Source: Candidatus Altiarchaeota archaeon (GTDB lineage: Archaea > Altiarchaeota > Altiarchaeia > IMC4 > SCGC-AAA252-I15). From it: 30,355 bases of DNA. Of this stretch, positions 27,224 through 30,355 are shown piece by piece. A model generated the notes under the pieces. The model did no database searches. It was given only the letters and a program-made list of their open reading frames with translations, and had not been told where the DNA came from. Position numbers and translations under genes: made by a program. Numbering within the stretch: the stretch's first letter is position 1; each line of letters begins with the position of its first letter. The stretch covers positions 1 through 30,355 of the forward strand of contig JAZDMS010000025.1 in the NCBI GenBank assembly GCA_043800705.1. Direction: 5' to 3'.

Positions 27224-27438
27224 AACTGTCGAAGGCGGGGAATGTGGACTGGGAATACGACTAAGACGCGGACGTACTGTACGTCTCATTCGGAAAACCG
27301 CGGAAGGCGGAGAGTATGGACATGGGATCCGGTGTGCTCGCAAGATACGACCCGGGATCCGGCGAGTTAGTGGGCTTCACGATAACCGGCCCCAAAGCCA
27401 TACTAGGCAAGCCATCGCCGTCGAAGTCGGCGGCATAG
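27211..27438 (+). pseudogene. DUF2283 family antitoxin with an in-frame TAA at 27262
   Basis: METLK...WEYD*DADVLYVSFGKP...RYDPGSGELVGFTI. Confidence 0.8.
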
Positions 27439-27524
27439 ACGCCATCCCCCAGGCATTTGACGCGGTAATAGCCGACGATGAACCGCCAATTTTATTTATA
27501 TGCACTGATTTACTTGTATCTACC

Positions 27525-27677
27525 ATGGCTACGTTGACGGTGGCGCTTTCGCAGGAGTTCCTGGAAGCGAAGGAGAGGTTCCCCAAACTTAACTGGAACA
27601 ATGTGGTCAAGCACGGCATACTCCGGAGGCTTGGGGAGTTGGAGAGGTTCGAGAAGATGCGCAGGGAGGTCGGGTGA
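27525..27677 (+). CDS. 50-aa RHH-like protein (below the ORF-track cutoff)
   Basis: MATLTVALSQEFLEAKERFPKLNWNNVVKHGILRRL; TTTATA box upstream; 3 bp before the next ATG. Confidence 0.75.
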   Translation: MATLTVALSQEFLEAKERFPKLNWNNVVKHGILRRLGELERFEKMRREVG

Positions 27678-27680
27678 GCC

Positions 27681-27929
27681 ATGGCATCTGTGGCTGTGAC
27701 GCTGACCCTGTCCGAGGATGAGAAGTCGGCGCTGGAGAGGCTGAGGTGGGTCAACTGGTCCGAGGTCGGCAGGGAAGAGGTCGAGCGTGAGTTCAGGCGG
27801 CAGAAGGCGCTCGCAAAGCTCTCCGAATCGCTGAAGGACAGCGAATTGACCGACGAAGACTGCCTCATACTGGGCAGACAGCTCAAGAAGGACCTGGCCA
27901 AGAGGCTGAAACGGGAAGGGAGACTGTAG
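27681..27929 (+). CDS. RHH-like VapB-type antitoxin
   Basis: VTLTLSE...VNWSEV...DSELTDEDCL.LGR; TAG-ATG coupled to the PIN gene. Confidence 0.82.
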   Translation: MASVAVTLTLSEDEKSALERLRWVNWSEVGREEVEREFRRQKALAKLSESLKDSELTDEDCLILGRQLKKDLAKRLKREGRL

Positions 27930-28334
27930 ATGGATTTGGTCGCGGACGCCAACATAGTGTTCTCCCTGTTCAAACGGGACTCATTCACCAGGATGCTCAT
28001 GCAAGAGTATGGTGTGCGGTTGAACAGCCCGGACTGCCTAAATGTGGAGTTGGACAGGTACGCGGACACCATCTGCTCGAAGGCCAAACTCGACAGGGAA
28101 TCATATCCTGACGTAAAGGAGGCAGTGGTCTCGCTGATAGACGTCAGAGACCCCTCGCAGGAATCGTTGGACAAGGCCAAGCAACTCATCAGACACGAAT
28201 CGGACATACCGTATCTTGCGTTAGCGCTGGAGTTGGATATCCCCATCTGGTCCAACGACAGACACTTCAAACAGCAAACGTCGGTCAAGGTATTCACCAC
28301 GGAGGAACTCGTCGAATTCCTCAACACAGTATAA
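27930..28334 (+). CDS. vapC: PIN domain toxin
   Basis: LVADANIVFS, VEL, SDIPYLALAL, IWSND. Confidence 0.9.
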   Translation: MDLVADANIVFSLFKRDSFTRMLMQEYGVRLNSPDCLNVELDRYADTICSKAKLDRESYPDVKEAVVSLIDVRDPSQESLDKAKQLIRHESDIPYLALALELDIPIWSNDRHFKQQTSVKVFTTEELVEFLNTV

Positions 28335-28371
28335 ACCTTCTTCGCCGGCATCGCCAGAATCAATCCCCACA

Positions 28372-28540
28372 GCCGTCCCGTCCCTACGGCTGCCTTATCG
28401 CCCAGATGAAGCTTTTCTTCCCCGCTACCGTGACGCCGTCCGGGGACGGTGACGCGCTGGCCGGCGGCGTCTATGGTGAAGGAGCCTGTGTTGACGAAGG
28501 TGATGTTGTTGACGTAGTAGTTCTTCTCAAGGAGGTAGGC
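28372..28540 (-). repeat. Surface-gene-tail repeat, copy C
   Basis: Encodes AYLLEKNYYVNNITFVNTGSFTIDAA / DGVTVAGKKSFIWAIRQP*; 81/90 identical to copy D over the core. Confidence 0.9.
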
Positions 28541-28660
28541 TGAAAGGGGGTTTCCGAGGCTGTTCCACCTATTTCACGGTTTTTGAGCGCGATTACAGCA
28601 GCAGCCGCTGTTTTTGCCGTATTTATGCCGGTTTTGCAGTATCTGTATCTGGTGAGTTTA

Positions 28661-28858
28661 ATGGATTCAGCGGTCATATTCGACAAACTTTTGGATGTTG
28701 ACAGGAGGTTGCACTCCATAATGGAGGAGTTGAACGTGAAAAAGCGTAAGGCCCTGCCTTTGTCCGAGTTGAACAGGCTCATGGGGGATGCCAGGTTGAC
28801 TGACGAAGATTCGTCTGAGATTATTCGGAAGATGCGGGACAGGGAGTATGGGGCATGA
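28661..28858 (+). CDS. Small antitoxin
   Basis: Start MDSAVIF; C-terminal DSSEIIRKMRD VapB-like motif; ATGA overlap with the PIN gene. Confidence 0.8.
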   Translation: MDSAVIFDKLLDVDRRLHSIMEELNVKKRKALPLSELNRLMGDARLTDEDSSEIIRKMRDREYGA

Positions 28859-29301
28859 AGGTCACACTTGACACCACAGTCCTCATCAAAGGCATCATAC
28901 CCCCTAGAAGGCGCAAGATGGATTCTATCCTTGAGCAGCAGTTGAGGCTTCACCAAAAGGCAGGTTCCATCTTTGGAGCCGTCGAGTCCGGGAAGGACGC
29001 ACTCTACATACCCTCCGTCGGGTTGGTCGAGGTCGCCGCAGTCGCAGCCCGCCTCACCGGAAAAACCGACTACGGAATCCAAGCCTGCGACTACGTCAGA
29101 GCCCATGGGACTATCGTCTACGACAGCCTCATCCTCGAGGACGCGATATCCATCGGAGCCAAGACCAGGATAAGCGGCTTCGACAGCGTGTTCATCGCAT
29201 GCGCCAAAGCCACCGACAGCACCCTCATCACGGACGACAAGGGGATGCACGAAGCCGCCTCCAAGGCCGGAATCGACTCCCGACTCCTGAGGGAAATCTA
29301 A
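28855..29301 (+). CDS. vapC: PIN domain toxin
   Basis: VTLDTTVL, VEVA, FDSVFIACA, LITDD. Confidence 0.9.
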   Translation: MKVTLDTTVLIKGIIPPRRRKMDSILEQQLRLHQKAGSIFGAVESGKDALYIPSVGLVEVAAVAARLTGKTDYGIQACDYVRAHGTIVYDSLILEDAISIGAKTRISGFDSVFIACAKATDSTLITDDKGMHEAASKAGIDSRLLREI

Positions 29302-29572
29302 AAACACCAACATAAGCGATGTGAAGAGCGGCAGGGACTGACGGCTGACATAGCCGACAGCTTCTGGGCTCCTCCAGAGCCCGCCCCGCTACACACGCCG
29401 CAATCCGCCAAATCATCCGATGGAATCGATCCGCCCCCTGAAGAGGGGCGGATTGCGAGCGTTTCATCCGCAGCCACCACAAAAGACCCCCCATCCTCCA
29501 ACGCCACATCATACATGAGGCCTGCCCTTTCAGGAGGCTTCACCGCAGCCGCCGGCTCCAATACACCCATCC

Positions 29573-29709
29573 GCCGTCCCATCCCTAAATCTGCCTTATC
29601 GCCCAGATGAACGCGTTCTTCCTCGCTACCGTGACGCCGTCCGGGGACGGTGACGCGCTGGCTGCTGATGTTGGTGGCGTCTATCGTGAAGGAGCCCGTG
29701 TTGAAGAAG
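29573..29709 (-). repeat. Surface-gene-tail repeat, copy D
   Basis: Encodes FFNTGSFTIDATNISS / DGVTVARKNAFIWAIRQI*; homology to copy C extends past the stop codon. Confidence 0.9.
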
Positions 29710-29710
29710 C

Positions 29711-29953
29711 ACCGACGAGTTGGCTCTGAATTGGGGGGCGCAGCTCAAGGAAGCGGCAGCCAAGCAGCACAGGCGCACGGATGGGTAGATGCCGCCGGCC
29801 GCTCCGCCGATGCTGGTCGTCGACGCCCGCATACTGTTCTCGTTCTTCAAGAAGGGCTCGGACCGAAGCAGAATCATCCGACGACTGTCCAACCTCGGCT
29901 GCAGGCTTGTTTCACCCGAGCACATATTCGAGGAATTGACCCGTAATGAGGCT
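29711..29953 (+). pseudogene. Doubly truncated TA pair: antitoxin C-terminus (29711-29788) + PIN N-terminus (from 29789)
   Basis: TDELALNWGAQLKEAAAK...* then TAG-ATG MPPAAPPMLVVDARILFSFFKK...VSPEHIFEEL; same layout as 27681-28334. Confidence 0.7.
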
Positions 29954-30031
29954 CCTATTAGGTGTATTTCAGGCGTTTGTGTGTGGGGGTGCGTATTTAT
30001 TGCCGTTTGTCCGCAGATATCTTTGGCTGTT

Positions 30032-30331
30032 ATGGCTTTGGGGAATGTTTCGGTTCCGGAGGATGTCAAACGGAGGATGGACGAGTTCGGGTGGCTGAAC
30101 TGGTCAGAGGTCGCGAAGAATACGTTCGTGCACAGGATGCGGCAGCTTGAGGTGCTGAGTAAGTTCAGGGAGGAATTCAAGGATTCGAAGCTGACGGACG
30201 AAGACTGCATAAGGCTGGGCAGGGACCTGAGGCACGACATAAACCCGAGGCACGACATAAACCCGAGGCACGACATAAACCCGAGGCACGACATAAACCC
30301 GAGGCACGACATAACCCGAGGCACGACATAA
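30032..30331 (+). CDS. RHH-like antitoxin, paralog of 27681-27929, 3' end running into a tandem repeat
   Basis: NVSVPEDVK...LNWSEV...KDSKLTDEDCIRLGR; own TTTATT box upstream. Confidence 0.75.
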   Translation: MALGNVSVPEDVKRRMDEFGWLNWSEVAKNTFVHRMRQLEVLSKFREEFKDSKLTDEDCIRLGRDLRHDINPRHDINPRHDINPRHDINPRHDITRGTT

Positions 30332-30355
30332 ACCCGAGGCACGACATAAACCCGA
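30229..30355. repeat. 18-bp tandem repeat (GAGGCACGACATAAACCC) x7
   Basis: Seven units to the window end; the fifth lacks one A. Confidence 0.95.

Noticed and set aside
27262-27264. Stop-codon readthrough or alternative genetic code
   Set aside because: TAA terminates other genes here normally and the partner toxin is also broken, so this is a pseudogene
27438-27449. Possible fifth repeat copy (GACGCCATCCCC)
   Set aside because: Only 12 bp, opposite orientation, and the flanks do not align
27377-29313. Long antisense ORFs (27377-28363, 28471-29313) and similar shadow ORFs across the GC-rich blocks
   Set aside because: They lie opposite well-supported genes and lack recognisable motifs
24396-29709. 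DGR template/variable repeats
   Set aside because: Differences between copies are not adenine-specific (many C/G third-position changes and indels), and there is no reverse transcriptase in the window
23650-29709. Classical integron attC sites
   Set aside because: No RYYYAAC/GTTRRRY ends; the repeats carry a protein-coding signature; no integrase is seen
29789-30331. Single PIN-antitoxin fusion protein (180 aa)
   Set aside because: The middle part reads through a promoter-like tract; a truncated PIN followed by a separate antitoxin starting at 30032 fits better
30229-30355. CRISPR array
   Set aside because: Head-to-tail 18-bp units with no spacers and no cas genes
1-30355. tRNA or rRNA genes
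   Set aside because: No cloverleaf, T-loop consensus in a tRNA context, or rRNA signature was recognised

Overview
This window looks archaeal. It has TATA-type promoters, an archaeosortase with a PEF-CTERM target, and Cys-rich surface proteins whose style suggests DPANN/Altiarchaeota (inference). GC-rich core blocks encode a cell-envelope cluster (MraY/AglH-type GlcNAc-1-P transferase, PIG-L deacetylase, DUF354 GT-B protein, BshC/WbqC-like protein, archaeosortase and its substrate) and an ABC-2 exporter whose permease is fused to a PrsW protease. AT-richer accessory blocks are interleaved: a Fic + DUF488 two-gene segment bracketed by 44-bp direct repeats, an orphan TnpB omega-RNA/IS200-IS605 remnant, and a dense toxin-antitoxin array from about 23 kb to the end. 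The array holds HicBA, MazF, several PIN modules, several pseudogenes, and a Schlafen(AlbA_2)-Thg1 pair. It is punctuated by four co-oriented copies of one surface-gene tail. The window ends in an 18-bp tandem repeat. All family calls come from motif recognition by eye, not database searches.
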